From contig JAYZEI010000003.1 in NCBI GenBank assembly GCA_036337375.1, forward strand, positions 1 to 49,144: a stretch of DNA of 49,144 nt, read 5' to 3'. Positions 8,878 to 18,948 of this stretch are shown piece after piece (the stretch's first letter is position 1; every line of letters begins with the position of its first letter). Source of the stretch: Planctomycetota bacterium. Its GTDB lineage: Bacteria; Planctomycetota; Planctomycetia; Pirellulales; UBA7805. The notes beneath the pieces are model-generated. The model saw only the letters and a list, made by a program, of their open reading frames with translations, was not told where the DNA came from and made no database searches. A program made the position numbers and the translations under genes.

Positions 8878-8920
8878 TTATAAGCGTTGAGTTTGCGGTT
8901 ACAAGTAACCGCAAACTCAA
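8878..8920 (-). promoter_or_regulatory. Sigma70-like promoter (TTGTAA-16-TATAAT) overlapped by a perfect 16-bp inverted repeat
   Basis: TTGAGTTTGCGGTTAC-aa-GTAACCGCAAACTCAA at 8887-8920; TATAAT on the minus strand at 8878-8883. Confidence 0.7.
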
Positions 8921-9095
8921 GCTAGGGAGTTCGTTTGGCGCCCGCGGCGGCGGCGGGTTAGGATGGGCATTGTCAGCCTGAACCGTTGACGGCGGAAGGC
9001 CGCGCGGACGCATCGGGTTGCGATCCAACTTCGTATATAATGGCGCGGCTGCGGTGCCGCTATGAACTGTTTGACTTTGCGCGGAGTGCGTTGAT

Positions 9096-10403
9096 ATGCC
9101 ACGTTCGAATTTGAATTTAATCTGGGTCGCCGGCGTTATTTCACTGCTGTGTTACAGCCAAGTGAACCGATCCGCATACGGCCGATATTTTGTCGAAGCT
9201 CTGGAAACAATTCATTATTTAGGGCTCGAGGAAAAGGGCGAGCAGGAGTTGTTCGATGCTGCGGTGTACGCCATGGCGAAGCAGCACGATAAGTATTCTA
9301 CGTTCGTTTCGCGCGAGTTGAAGAACCCGTACGAGCAACAGCTGGATCAGCAGTTCGTCGGGATTGGGACGAAAGTGGAACTCGACCCCGACGGCCAAGG
9401 AATCCTGATCGCCAATCCCGTGATGGGGCCGACACATCCCGCTTACGATGCGGGCATCCGTACGGGCGACATTATTGTCGCTGTGGAGGGGCGGTCGATA
9501 AAAGACCTGCCGCAAAACGAATTCAGGAAGACCGTCGAAAGCATCAAGGGACCAGCCGGGACGTACGTTCAATTGACGGTTAAACCCGAAGGCCGTGACG
9601 AGCAAAAAATCTTTAAGGTAAAACGATCGCAAATCCGCGTCGATTCTCTGGCCGGCGATATCCGCGGCCCAGACCGCAAGTGGCGGTTCTTGCTGGCTGC
9701 CGACCCGCAAATCGTCTATCTGCGGCTGACACAGTTTGGAGCACAGACCGTTGCCGAAATGCAGGCGACGTTGGACGAACTGAAAGAGAAGGATCAACTC
9801 AACGCGTTAATACTGGATCTTCGCGATAATCCGGGCGGCTACTTGGACGCTTCTTGGCAAGTCTGCAATCTATTCATTTCATCGGGAGTGATCGTCGAAA
9901 CGCGATATCGCGACAATACGATCAAGCGGCGATACGAAGCATTGGCGAAGAACACGTTTTCCGACTTTCCCATGGTGGTCTTGGTGAACGGCGAGAGCGC
10001 GAGCGCCAGCGAAATTGTAGCCGCCTGCTTGCAAGATCACGGTCGCGCGGTTGTCTGTGGCGTCCGCACTTATGGAAAAGGCTCTGTCCAGGATATGATT
10101 TCGATGGAAGGTCAACGCAGCATTCTCAAGCTGACCACGGCCAGCTTTTGGCGGCCCAGCGACAGGAACATTCACCGCAGGCAGGGCGCGGGCGATGAGG
10201 ACGAATGGGGCGTCAAACCCGACGAAGGCTTTGGCATTAATATTGAGGAAGCGGCCGAAAAACAGCGAAGAAAGTTGCGGGACGAGCGCGAAGCGTTTCG
10301 CGACAATCGAAATGACGTTGTTGAAGGCTGCCTTCCGGCCATCGATCTGCAGTTGAAAAAAGCTGTGGAGTATCTGCGGGCGAAGCTGGTTGATGCTCAG
10401 TGA
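9096..10403 (+). CDS. ctpA: S41 family carboxyl-terminal processing protease with PDZ domain
   Basis: FVGIG and PAYDAGIRTGD (PDZ), ILDLRDNPGGYL, SASASEIV (catalytic Ser), TYGKGSVQ (catalytic Lys). Confidence 0.95.
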   Translation: MPRSNLNLIWVAGVISLLCYSQVNRSAYGRYFVEALETIHYLGLEEKGEQELFDAAVYAMAKQHDKYSTFVSRELKNPYEQQLDQQFVGIGTKVELDPDGQGILIANPVMGPTHPAYDAGIRTGDIIVAVEGRSIKDLPQNEFRKTVESIKGPAGTYVQLTVKPEGRDEQKIFKVKRSQIRVDSLAGDIRGPDRKWRFLLAADPQIVYLRLTQFGAQTVAEMQATLDELKEKDQLNALILDLRDNPGGYLDASWQVCNLFISSGVIVETRYRDNTIKRRYEALAKNTFSDFPMVVLVNGESASASEIVAACLQDHGRAVVCGVRTYGKGSVQDMISMEGQRSILKLTTASFWRPSDRNIHRRQGAGDEDEWGVKPDEGFGINIEEAAEKQRRKLRDEREAFRDNRNDVVEGCLPAIDLQLKKAVEYLRAKLVDAQ

Positions 10404-10821
10404 TTGCAAACTGCCGCAGATAGCAGTTCCTGCAATGTTCGGCACTCAGTCGCCCTGTTGGCATCCCGACCCCGCAGGAGGGGCCGCAAAGCTTTCGCGG
10501 TTTGCCGATCTTCTCAACGGTTTGCAAAGCGTTTGAAAATCGTTCAGGCAACCATTCTTTGTACGTGAGGTGGGGGCCCTAGCCAAACTTTGCCGGCGGC
10601 GCTGGTTAAGTTTTGATCTGAAAGCGGATTACGTAAATACAACCGGCCCGAGCAAGTTTTTTTTTCGTGATTGGCCCGCGACTTGCCTCTGATGTAGTTG
10701 TTGTTTTCGCTAAGCCGCGGTCGCCCGGCTCGAGCGACTGCGGCCAGAAGTTCAGCGACGAGTACGACACTTTGAAGAGGCTGCTTTCATATTTATTGGC
10801 GGTTTGAAACGAGGTTATGTC

Positions 10822-11139
10822 ATGGTGGAGTCAATGGTTCGTGCGATGGTTGTCGAAATCCCTTTGATAGATTCCGGTAACTCTTCGGTAACCGGTTCAC
10901 GGGTAAAAGAGCTGCTGAGCGACGCCGATCCGTTTATCCTTGGATTGATTCGCAAGCTTCAAAATGAAGTCAGTTCTGAACGGGAGGCACAGGCGCCGAG
11001 AAATCGGCTCCGGCAGCGGGAACTGTGGACGCTGCGAGTCGAAGCGCCGCCACCTAAGGGCGAACCGGAGGTTGATTTTGAGTCGCCCGCAGATGATGAG
11101 GTGGACTGGCCGCTGCTAAGCGACCTGGAGCGGTTCTGA
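10822..11139 (+). CDS. Hypothetical protein (~105 aa, acidic C-terminus)
   Basis: GAGG RBS before ATG 10822; fills the gap between ctpA and folC; no family recognised. Confidence 0.5.
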   Translation: MVESMVRAMVVEIPLIDSGNSSVTGSRVKELLSDADPFILGLIRKLQNEVSSEREAQAPRNRLRQRELWTLRVEAPPPKGEPEVDFESPADDEVDWPLLSDLERF

Positions 11140-11237
11140 CAGACGAGAACTGAATAGCTGCCAACAAGGCTTGCTCCCTCCGGTACGATTGTTTTCAATC
11201 GCGGCCGCAGTAATTTTTTGCGGCGGTCGAGGTGGGG

Positions 11238-12701
11238 TCATGTCGAGGTCGCGCTGAGCGACTCCTCGACCGCGGCGGAAGTGGGATCCGGCCTATTCGC
11301 TTGAGCGGTGATCAGTCGCCTCAATTCTGCGGCAATGAAGAACGATCCCGTGACGCAGATCAAGTCGTCCACATCGGCGAGTTGGCTCGCCGTTTGCCAA
11401 GCCTCATACGGGTCTGCGCATACTTGCGGCCGGGCTGTTGGTTCCCGCCCGTCGGTCGTGCAGTGGGCGGCGATCTGCAGCAAAGCCGACGGCGGAACGC
11501 TGCGCGGATTGTTGAAATAGCGGGTGAAAAAGACTTTTTCGAATCGCGGCAGCACACGTTGCAGCATGCCGGCGATGTCTTTGTCCTGAGTTGTCGCGAA
11601 TATCAGAATCCGCCGCCCGGCGACGAAAATAGATTCGATTGTTTCCAACAGTGCATCAATCGACGCGACGTTATGTGCGGCGTCGACGATGACAGCGGGC
11701 TGTTGTTGAACCAACTCGACACGGCCGCGGCACTGTGCCGCATTCAGCCCGGTTCGGCGAGCATCTGCGGAGAAGTGCCAGCCTTGTTCGGCCAGTTCAT
11801 CGATAATGGCCAGGACGACTGCAGCATTCGCCGCTTGATGTCGCCCCAACAACCGCAGCTGCATTCGATCCAAACGCGTTGCATAAAGGTGACTGAAATA
11901 GTCGAGCGACGTCGTGATCGCTGCGTCGCTGGCATCGCGGCATTGCGAGTATTTAAATTCGAAATCTTCGCCAGCTTGCACCAGCGGCGCCTTGTTGTCG
12001 TCTGCCGACTGTGAGATTACACGTTGCGCCTCGGTTTCCGTAACGCCGCTGACGACCGGTATCCCGGCCTTTATGATGCCGGCTTTTTCGCCGGCGATCT
12101 GCGCCAGTGTATTGCCGAGTTGTTTTGTGTGGTCGAAGCTGATGCTGGTGATGACCGAACAAATCGGCGTGCAGACGTTCGTCGAATCCAGACGTCCGCC
12201 CATGCCGACTTCTAAAATCGCAATGTCCGCCTCGCAACGCGCAAAATGCAGCAGCGCGAGCGCGGTGGTGATTTCAAAGTACGTGGGGCCGCGTTGGTGA
12301 AAGTCATCGTCCGAATCGGTAATCGCGCCGGCGGCATCCATTTGCTCGACGACCGGTCGTACGGCATGAACGAGATCGACCAATTCTGCTGCCGAGCAGG
12401 CCGCGCCGTTGATGGCGATTCGTTCTTCCAGCAGATCTAAGTGAGGGGACGTATACATGCCGGTCTTATAGCCGGCGGCGACACAAATCGATGACAGAAT
12501 CGCTGCCGTCGAGCCTTTGCCCTTCGTTCCCGCGATGTGTACTACCGGCACGTCGTTTTGAGGATCGCCGAGGTGGCGCAAGAACTCTCGCATCCGGTCA
12601 AGTTTGTATTCATCCTCACAATATGCGACCGCGGGAATACGTTCGTAGTCAATCCGATCGATCAGAAATCGAACCGCGTTGTTGTAAACTTCCTGGTCCA
12701 T
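11238..12701 (-). CDS. folC: Bifunctional folylpolyglutamate synthase/dihydrofolate synthase
   Basis: HIAGTKGKGST, YTSPHL..ERI, TYFEITT, EVGMGGRLDSTN, EKAGIIK, DAAHN, TGSFF. Confidence 0.96.
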   Translation of the reverse strand: MDQEVYNNAVRFLIDRIDYERIPAVAYCEDEYKLDRMREFLRHLGDPQNDVPVVHIAGTKGKGSTAAILSSICVAAGYKTGMYTSPHLDLLEERIAINGAACSAAELVDLVHAVRPVVEQMDAAGAITDSDDDFHQRGPTYFEITTALALLHFARCEADIAILEVGMGGRLDSTNVCTPICSVITSISFDHTKQLGNTLAQIAGEKAGIIKAGIPVVSGVTETEAQRVISQSADDNKAPLVQAGEDFEFKYSQCRDASDAAITTSLDYFSHLYATRLDRMQLRLLGRHQAANAAVVLAIIDELAEQGWHFSADARRTGLNAAQCRGRVELVQQQPAVIVDAAHNVASIDALLETIESIFVAGRRILIFATTQDKDIAGMLQRVLPRFEKVFFTRYFNNPRSVPPSALLQIAAHCTTDGREPTARPQVCADPYEAWQTASQLADVDDLICVTGSFFIAAELRRLITAQANRPDPTSAAVEESLSATST

Positions 12702-12705
12702 CGGC

Positions 12706-12739
12706 GCTGTGTTCGCGGGATAGCTGTGTTCGCGGGATA
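12706..12739. repeat. Perfect 17-bp tandem duplication immediately upstream of folC
   Basis: GCTGTGTTCGCGGGATA x2. Confidence 0.9.
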
Positions 12740-12927
12740 AAAGAAGGTTCCGTTCGTGTGACGAGAAGGAGTTTAACCGCTACCCGTCAAACTGTCATTC
12801 TGAGCGAAGCCGGGCACGGTACCGCCGATCACCCGAATTGGTCGCCTCGGCAGGGTTGCGGGGCCGTATAGCAGCGGATTGAGAAGAAGTCGCCTTGCCA
12901 CGGACGTTCCGGCTCCATTAAGACTGC

Positions 12928-12956
12928 TTGCCAATGGGCGCAACCCTCTTTATAGT
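12928..12956 (+). promoter_or_regulatory. Sigma70-like promoter of the ABC operon
   Basis: TTGCCA-17-TATAGT. Confidence 0.7.
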
Positions 12957-13087
12957 TAGGGGTTCTGAATCGCAACATTATCGTTGCCACCGGGTCGTTG
13001 TGCAAACGATCCGCCGAGCGGTGGCGAACTGTTTACCACGATTGATCGTACCGAATTGATTGCACTGCAGCCCCCACGAGGCTTTTG

Positions 13088-14053
13088 ATGTCAAAGGCGA
13101 AATCGTCGAAGAAACCGGGCGGTTCGGCCAGCTCGTCAGCTTCTGGCCAAACCAATCGCGAAGTGGTCATTGAAACGCGGAATCTCTCGAAAGTCTATCG
13201 CGATTTTTGGGGTCGTCAAAAGGTGCGGGCGCTGAAAGCGCTCGACCTAAAGGTTCACCGCGGCGAAGTCTTCGGGTTGCTCGGCCCGAACGGTTCGGGA
13301 AAATCGACGACCATAAAGATTCTTTTGGGACTGCTTTTTCCCACCGGTGGCGAGGCACTGGTTCTAGGCCGCAGCGCGACGGATGTCGCTAAGAACGAGC
13401 GTATCGGCTATTTGCCCGAAGAATCGTACCTCTATCGGTTTTTGAATGCCGTCGAAACCCTCGATTTTTATGGCCGACTGTTTAACATGCCCGCCAAACA
13501 GCGCCGCGCGCGGGCGAGCGAGTTGATTGAGATGGTCGGCCTGGCGGGCGCGCAGAGACGTCCGCTCAAGGAGTACTCCAAAGGTATGGCTCGGCGTATC
13601 GGTCTGGCGCAGGCGCTAATCAACGATCCGGAATTAATTCTGCTCGACGAACCGACGACGGGCCTCGATCCGATCGGCACGAAGCAGATGAAAAACCTGA
13701 TCATTAAATTGAAGGAACAGGGAAAGACGGTTATCCTCTGCAGTCACTTATTGGCCGATGTTCAGGACGTGTGTGACCGCATCGCCATCCTCTATCAAGG
13801 CGAGTTGAAAGAACTAGGCCGCGTGGACCAGCTACTAGAAGTCAGCGACGTCACACAATTGCGGACGTCACGCCTGAGCGAGCAGGCGGAAGCCGACGTT
13901 CGCGCCGTCGTTGAACGGCACGGCGCCGAGATTCTTGCACTCGAGCATCCGACGACGACGCTCGAAGAGTTGTTCCTGGGAATCGTTCGCGAAAGCGAAG
14001 CCCGTCCGGGCAGGCGTGTGACATCCGGTCGCGATGGGGAGACCCAAGAGTGA
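13088..14053 (+). CDS. ABC transporter ATP-binding protein (ABC-2 exporter type)
   Basis: Walker [10 protein letters not shown], signature YSKGM, Walker B ILLDEP, SH switch. Confidence 0.95.
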   Translation: MSKAKSSKKPGGSASSSASGQTNREVVIETRNLSKVYRDFWGRQKVRALKALDLKVHRGEVFGLLGPNGSGKSTTIKILLGLLFPTGGEALVLGRSATDVAKNERIGYLPEESYLYRFLNAVETLDFYGRLFNMPAKQRRARASELIEMVGLAGAQRRPLKEYSKGMARRIGLAQALINDPELILLDEPTTGLDPIGTKQMKNLIIKLKEQGKTVILCSHLLADVQDVCDRIAILYQGELKELGRVDQLLEVSDVTQLRTSRLSEQAEADVRAVVERHGAEILALEHPTTTLEELFLGIVRESEARPGRRVTSGRDGETQE

Positions 14054-16266
14054 GCGGTTTGGACATCGAATACAAGATCGTCCCCTTTTTGGAATGGCTC
14101 TTTGGGCGGGCGGCGGCGGAAGACGGCACAGGTGCCACCGAAGGCGCATGGGCGACTTTTTGGCAAACGGTGCTAGTCCTATTTCTAATCGGGGTTTTGG
14201 TCAAAGTTGGCGTATTGACGGTCAGATTTTTTCACATTGCCCTGACAAAGGGGTTCGGCCAGGCCGGAGTCGCAGTGATCGACGATCTTGTGGGGATGCG
14301 GCGAACGATTACAAATTTCGAGCTATTTCGTGTCTCCCCTCGCCGTGTCTGGGGTCTGGCGATGCTCGCCATGCGCGAATCGTTTCGCCGCAACGTCTGG
14401 GTGGCGCTGGTCGTGTTTGTCTTGATGTTGATGTTTGCCGGCTGGGTTTTGAACCCGGACAGCGACCAGCCCGGCACGCTGTACCTCAACTTTGTGCTTT
14501 CGGCGACAACTTATTTGATGTTCCCGGTCATCATCTTGCTAGGATCGTTCAGTTTGCCGAACGACATCAAGAACCGAACGATTTACACCGTGGCCAGTAA
14601 GCCGGTCCGCGCGAGTGAGGTTGTGATGGGTCGGACGCTGGGGTTCATCGGGATCGGAACGTGTTTGTTGGCGGTCATGGCCGTCTGCAGTTACATTTTT
14701 GTCGATCGCGGCCTCGATCATCGACACGAACTTGCAGCCGAAGACCTGGAAAGGAAGGACAACAAACTGGTCGGTAAAACATCGATCGGCGGCCGGCATC
14801 GTCACAGCCTGTCCATTCCAGTCGATGCGTTTACGCCGGAGTTGTCGTTCGAGCCGGAGCCTACGACCGCCGGTCCGGTCGTTGCCCGCGCCGGCGAATC
14901 GGCGGAGGCGGCGGGTTTGGCGGTCGGCGATGTCGTTGAATCGATCGATGGCAGCGGGACTTTGCAACTGTCCGTGGATGACATTATACGTGCTCTTCAG
15001 GGGTCGGTCGGTTCGACCGTTGAATTGGGTATTTCGCGGGGAGGCTCCCGCCAGACTATCCAGTTGCAGCGGATCGTCAGTGAAGTTTTCACCGACGTCA
15101 ATAAAGGCCACCGGCATCGAGTGACTGCGCGATGGAGTGAGGATTCAAATGCGGTGGAATACGAAGTCGGTCCGCCCGAGGGAATGTTGCTGGCCCGGAC
15201 GCCGCACTACGGCGACCTGCGATTTCTTGATCCGTATGGGAAACCGCGGGAAAGAGGAATCAGCGTAGGCGATCTGTACTCCTACCGCAGTTACATCGCC
15301 GGCCGGACGAGAGCCGCGGCCATCTGGACGTTCGATGAATTGTCGGCGGCAAGCTACCCCGACGGCTTGCCGCTGGATATGAATATCCGGATTTATCGTT
15401 TCACCACCGGCGATATTCAAGCGGGGATTCACGGCAGCCTGCAGCTTGTCCATCCAGACCGGCAAGTCAACAAGCGCAGTCGCGAGTATCGGATTCTCGT
15501 CGGCGGCGCGGAGGATACGGCGGAAGATGTAACCGCGATTTCAAAAGAGTTTCAAGTCGGCCGCACGCTCATTCCTCGCCAAACGACCGATCCCAGCGGC
15601 GAGCCGATCGACATTTTTGAAGACTTGGTTAACAACGACGGACAAGTTGAGGTGTGGTTGCGCTGCTCGGACAGCCAGCGGTACTTTGGCGTCGGCTATG
15701 CGGACGTTTACGTCCGAGCTCGGGACGGATCTTATACGTTGAACTTCGCCAAAGCCGTGATGGCGATTTGGTTGCAAATGACCATCGTTGCCGGACTGAC
15801 CGTGTTCTTCAGCACCTTTTTAAGCGGGCCTATCGCACTTTTGTTGTCGATCACCGTGATCATCTTGGGATTTTTTAAAAGCAAGATCGACGCCATGATA
15901 ATTTTTGTGACGGAGGGCAAAGCACGAATGCTTGAACTGCTGCCCTCGCACGAGCGTCACTGGGGTGGGGGGCCCTTGGAGGCAACCTATCGAATCATCA
16001 CACAAATGAACCAGACTTCGGACCTCCCGGACAACGGCTTGTCGTCGGCGATCAAATTCATGGACTACTATCTGGCGAAAGGTATCGAGGCGGTTCTCCA
16101 CCTGATTCCGAGCTTTGAAAAATTTGACGAAGTCCGGTTTCTATCGCACGGTTACGCGATTCAAACATCAATGCTGCTTCAGCACGTTTCAACCACGTTA
16201 GCGTTTTTGATCGCCGCATATATTCTCGGGTATCTGATGCTTAAACAACGGGAATTGGCCGCATGA
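14050..16266 (+). CDS. ABC-2 type permease with large extracytoplasmic domain (HRH motifs and a PDZ-like segment)
   Basis: N- and C-terminal TM blocks, [26 protein letters not shown] motif, [20 protein letters not shown]-like segment; GTGA coupling to the upstream gene. Confidence 0.85.
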   Translation: MSGLDIEYKIVPFLEWLFGRAAAEDGTGATEGAWATFWQTVLVLFLIGVLVKVGVLTVRFFHIALTKGFGQAGVAVIDDLVGMRRTITNFELFRVSPRRVWGLAMLAMRESFRRNVWVALVVFVLMLMFAGWVLNPDSDQPGTLYLNFVLSATTYLMFPVIILLGSFSLPNDIKNRTIYTVASKPVRASEVVMGRTLGFIGIGTCLLAVMAVCSYIFVDRGLDHRHELAAEDLERKDNKLVGKTSIGGRHRHSLSIPVDAFTPELSFEPEPTTAGPVVARAGESAEAAGLAVGDVVESIDGSGTLQLSVDDIIRALQGSVGSTVELGISRGGSRQTIQLQRIVSEVFTDVNKGHRHRVTARWSEDSNAVEYEVGPPEGMLLARTPHYGDLRFLDPYGKPRERGISVGDLYSYRSYIAGRTRAAAIWTFDELSAASYPDGLPLDMNIRIYRFTTGDIQAGIHGSLQLVHPDRQVNKRSREYRILVGGAEDTAEDVTAISKEFQVGRTLIPRQTTDPSGEPIDIFEDLVNNDGQVEVWLRCSDSQRYFGVGYADVYVRARDGSYTLNFAKAVMAIWLQMTIVAGLTVFFSTFLSGPIALLLSITVIILGFFKSKIDAMIIFVTEGKARMLELLPSHERHWGGGPLEATYRIITQMNQTSDLPDNGLSSAIKFMDYYLAKGIEAVLHLIPSFEKFDEVRFLSHGYAIQTSMLLQHVSTTLAFLIAAYILGYLMLKQRELAA

Positions 16267-17843
16267 ACAAACTCAGCCGTTTCCAGCGAAAGATCGTCTA
16301 TCTTGTCGCCGTCGCCATCCTGTTATTTCCGCTCTATTGGTTCGGCCATCCGCGGACGACGCAATCCGACGGCGGCAAACTCGCGCAACTTCGTATGGTG
16401 CACCGACTGAGCGAGGCGCGGCTCGGAAAAATCAATCCGGCCGGAGCGAGTATGAAACTGGCGACGTTTGGCCTGCACGCTTTTGCCGTTAACTGGCTAT
16501 GGCTCAAAGCGATTGATTACAAACAGCGTGAGGATTGGGTTAATTTCGACGCAACGCTCGAGCAAATTACGCATCTGCAGCCTCATTTCGTCAAGGTCTG
16601 GGATTTTCAAAGTCACAACGTTGCTTTTAACATTTCGGTGAAATTCGACGACTATCGGGACCGTTATCGCTACGTCATCAAGGGTTTCAACTTGCTGCGG
16701 AGGGGGATTAGCTACAACGAAGAGCGTCACAAACTGCCCCGTGCGCTGGCCGGCTACGTCAGCCTGAAGATTGGTCGATCGGACGACAAAGAGTTTTACC
16801 GCGTCCTCTTTCGCAACGACCACGACTACCACGCACCGCCCCGCGACCAAAATAACTTAATTGGCACCCGCTACGAGGGACGGCCTGAGAATCTGACCGA
16901 TTGCTTTTTGGTCAGTAAGTGGTGGTATCTTGAAGCGGAACGGCTGATTGACGAAGGCCTCGCCGAATACGGCTTGGTCTATCCAGTCTTTTTTCACAGC
17001 AGTTCGCCAATGCAGCAGATGAACTACGCCAAGACGCTGGAAGAAGAGGGTATTTTCGACGAGCGCCCGCGCCAGGCATGGGAAGAGGCCGCCGAATTGT
17101 GGCGGAGTTTCAGCCAACGATCCTACGAGTCCTCACTTGGATTCTATTACCGCCTGACCGAATTCGATGAGGTTCGCAAACAGCGCGACGAAATTGCCGA
17201 TCAACTATTGGCGGAAGAGCCCGGATTGCGGGAAAAGATGCAGCAGAAGGTCTTGAATGATTTGACGGACGAGGAACGTACGGCCTACAACAAAGCTCAC
17301 GCCGAGCGGACACCCAAAGAAGTGTATCTCACTCAGAAAATTAATGATCGGCTAACCATCGGTGCACAGGAATTGGCCGAAAAAATGTTCCCGATTAATC
17401 GCGCCAAAGGTTTCCAACTCGCCGACCGCTACTACCAAACGCAGAAGCGCTACAGCGCGATTTACAACGGTCGTGACACCGTCAATTACAATTACTGGGA
17501 TCACCGCTGCCGGATCGAACAGATGCCCGAAACGGTCGCTGCCCGCAAAGCAGTTTATCTGGCCCGCGAAGCTTACGAAGATAATCCGCCCGAGGCGCTG
17601 GCCAAGTATGAAGAGGCATTAAAATTATGGCGGAAAGTACTCGACGAGTATCCTGTGATGGCCGAGCAGGAAGTGTTCGTCCGCGACATGGTCGACATGA
17701 TCGACGGCAAACAGGGGTACCGGGACACCCTCGCTCAAAATCGGGAGGATCGCGGCCGAGATCTTCCCGAGGACTTCATTCTTGACGACTTGCTCAAGCG
17801 GTGGGATGAAATCCAGAAGCAATACACGGTCGGCGGCGGTTGA
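16263..17843 (+). CDS. Membrane-anchored, helical/TPR-like extracytoplasmic protein associated with the ABC transporter
   Basis: Single N-terminal TM helix; ITHLQPHFVKVWDFQSHNVAFNISV motif of a PVC ABC-associated family; ATGA coupling. Confidence 0.8.
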   Translation: MNKLSRFQRKIVYLVAVAILLFPLYWFGHPRTTQSDGGKLAQLRMVHRLSEARLGKINPAGASMKLATFGLHAFAVNWLWLKAIDYKQREDWVNFDATLEQITHLQPHFVKVWDFQSHNVAFNISVKFDDYRDRYRYVIKGFNLLRRGISYNEERHKLPRALAGYVSLKIGRSDDKEFYRVLFRNDHDYHAPPRDQNNLIGTRYEGRPENLTDCFLVSKWWYLEAERLIDEGLAEYGLVYPVFFHSSSPMQQMNYAKTLEEEGIFDERPRQAWEEAAELWRSFSQRSYESSLGFYYRLTEFDEVRKQRDEIADQLLAEEPGLREKMQQKVLNDLTDEERTAYNKAHAERTPKEVYLTQKINDRLTIGAQELAEKMFPINRAKGFQLADRYYQTQKRYSAIYNGRDTVNYNYWDHRCRIEQMPETVAARKAVYLAREAYEDNPPEALAKYEEALKLWRKVLDEYPVMAEQEVFVRDMVDMIDGKQGYRDTLAQNREDRGRDLPEDFILDDLLKRWDEIQKQYTVGGG

Positions 17844-17916
17844 TGCTTCCAGGCAAAGTAGCTGGAAACGCAAGAATTAACGGGGTGCCTCCGCCACAAT
17901 CATCGTGCCTCGGGAT

Positions 17917-18933
17917 CTAGTTCTGCGGGGCGACGACCGGCCGAATGACATTGCAGTTTATCGCCGCCAACGCGTTCTTCAGAAGCTGAAAGGAATCTTC
18001 GTCCGGGCACGTCCCGATGATTGCGCCGCCGGACCCGGCAAACTTGGCGCTCGCGCCGGTCTGCCGCGCGGTATCCACCATCTGCAAGTGATTCGCCGAG
18101 ATGTCGCAAATCGATTGGCGTTTGTCGAAATTTTGATCAATCAACAAACTCAGGCGGGCCGCGTCACCGGAGGCTAACGCCGCCCTCGCGGCCTCTGTGA
18201 ACTCCGCGAAAGATTCCATCGCGGCCAAAACAACCTGGTCGCCCCGCTGGAAGCGTGCGCGGAGCGGGGCGTGTGTGACTTCGGTTGGCTCGCCAACTTC
18301 GCTGCTGTAGGCGAGATACAGTGGCGGCAAAATCGCCGGATCGAGCGGTTCGTAAACGCCGCACTTCATGCCGTGTTGCTCGGACTCCCGGTTCTGACTG
18401 AAGTCCATATAGACCAGACCCTCGTAAACCTGAATGACGCGATCCTGCAGCCCGGCGGTGATGCCCAACTCGGCCACTTCGACGCTCATCGCCAGGGATG
18501 GGAGCACCTCCTGTGGGATCTCCACGTCGTAAAAGTCAATCAATGCTCGCAACGTGGCAACGATAATGGCGCTGCTGCCGGCCAATCCTACCTGCCGCGG
18601 GATGTTGGTCTGGTAGCGGATCGCGAAATTACGATCATGCAGTCGGATGTTCTGGCTGTCGCAATAATCGACAAATCGCTTGATCGTCGCCTTCACCAGC
18701 CGCACGCCTCCGTAGTAGCCGTGCAGTTGGACGTCGTGCACCAATTCGCGGACGGACTGAAAGCAGCTTTGATCCTGCTGGCTCGAGACGATCTCGGCCG
18801 TCGGCCATTCGTAGAGCACGGCTTCAGCAAAGAAATTCCGAACGACGAGCGAAATTGTTTTGCCGTTGTACCCGTCCGATGGGTTGCCCATCAGTCCAGC
18901 ACGAGCGTAAGTGCGATGGCGAATCAATTGCAT
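17917..18933 (-). CDS. Glucuronokinase-like GHMP kinase
   Basis: ARAGLMGNPSDGYNGKTIS, GYYGGVRL, YQTNIPRQVGLAGSSAII, AGLQDRVIQVYEGLVYMDF and KFAGSGGA match plant-type glucuronokinase. Confidence 0.88.
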   Translation of the reverse strand: MQLIRHRTYARAGLMGNPSDGYNGKTISLVVRNFFAEAVLYEWPTAEIVSSQQDQSCFQSVRELVHDVQLHGYYGGVRLVKATIKRFVDYCDSQNIRLHDRNFAIRYQTNIPRQVGLAGSSAIIVATLRALIDFYDVEIPQEVLPSLAMSVEVAELGITAGLQDRVIQVYEGLVYMDFSQNRESEQHGMKCGVYEPLDPAILPPLYLAYSSEVGEPTEVTHAPLRARFQRGDQVVLAAMESFAEFTEAARAALASGDAARLSLLIDQNFDKRQSICDISANHLQMVDTARQTGASAKFAGSGGAIIGTCPDEDSFQLLKNALAAINCNVIRPVVAPQN

Positions 18934-18948
18934 GGTGGATTTCAGATT

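Noticed and set aside
12706-12740. GTGTTC...GCGGGATAA resembles the ends of a type I-E CRISPR repeat
   Set aside because: Only two abutting 17-bp copies, no spacers and no cas genes
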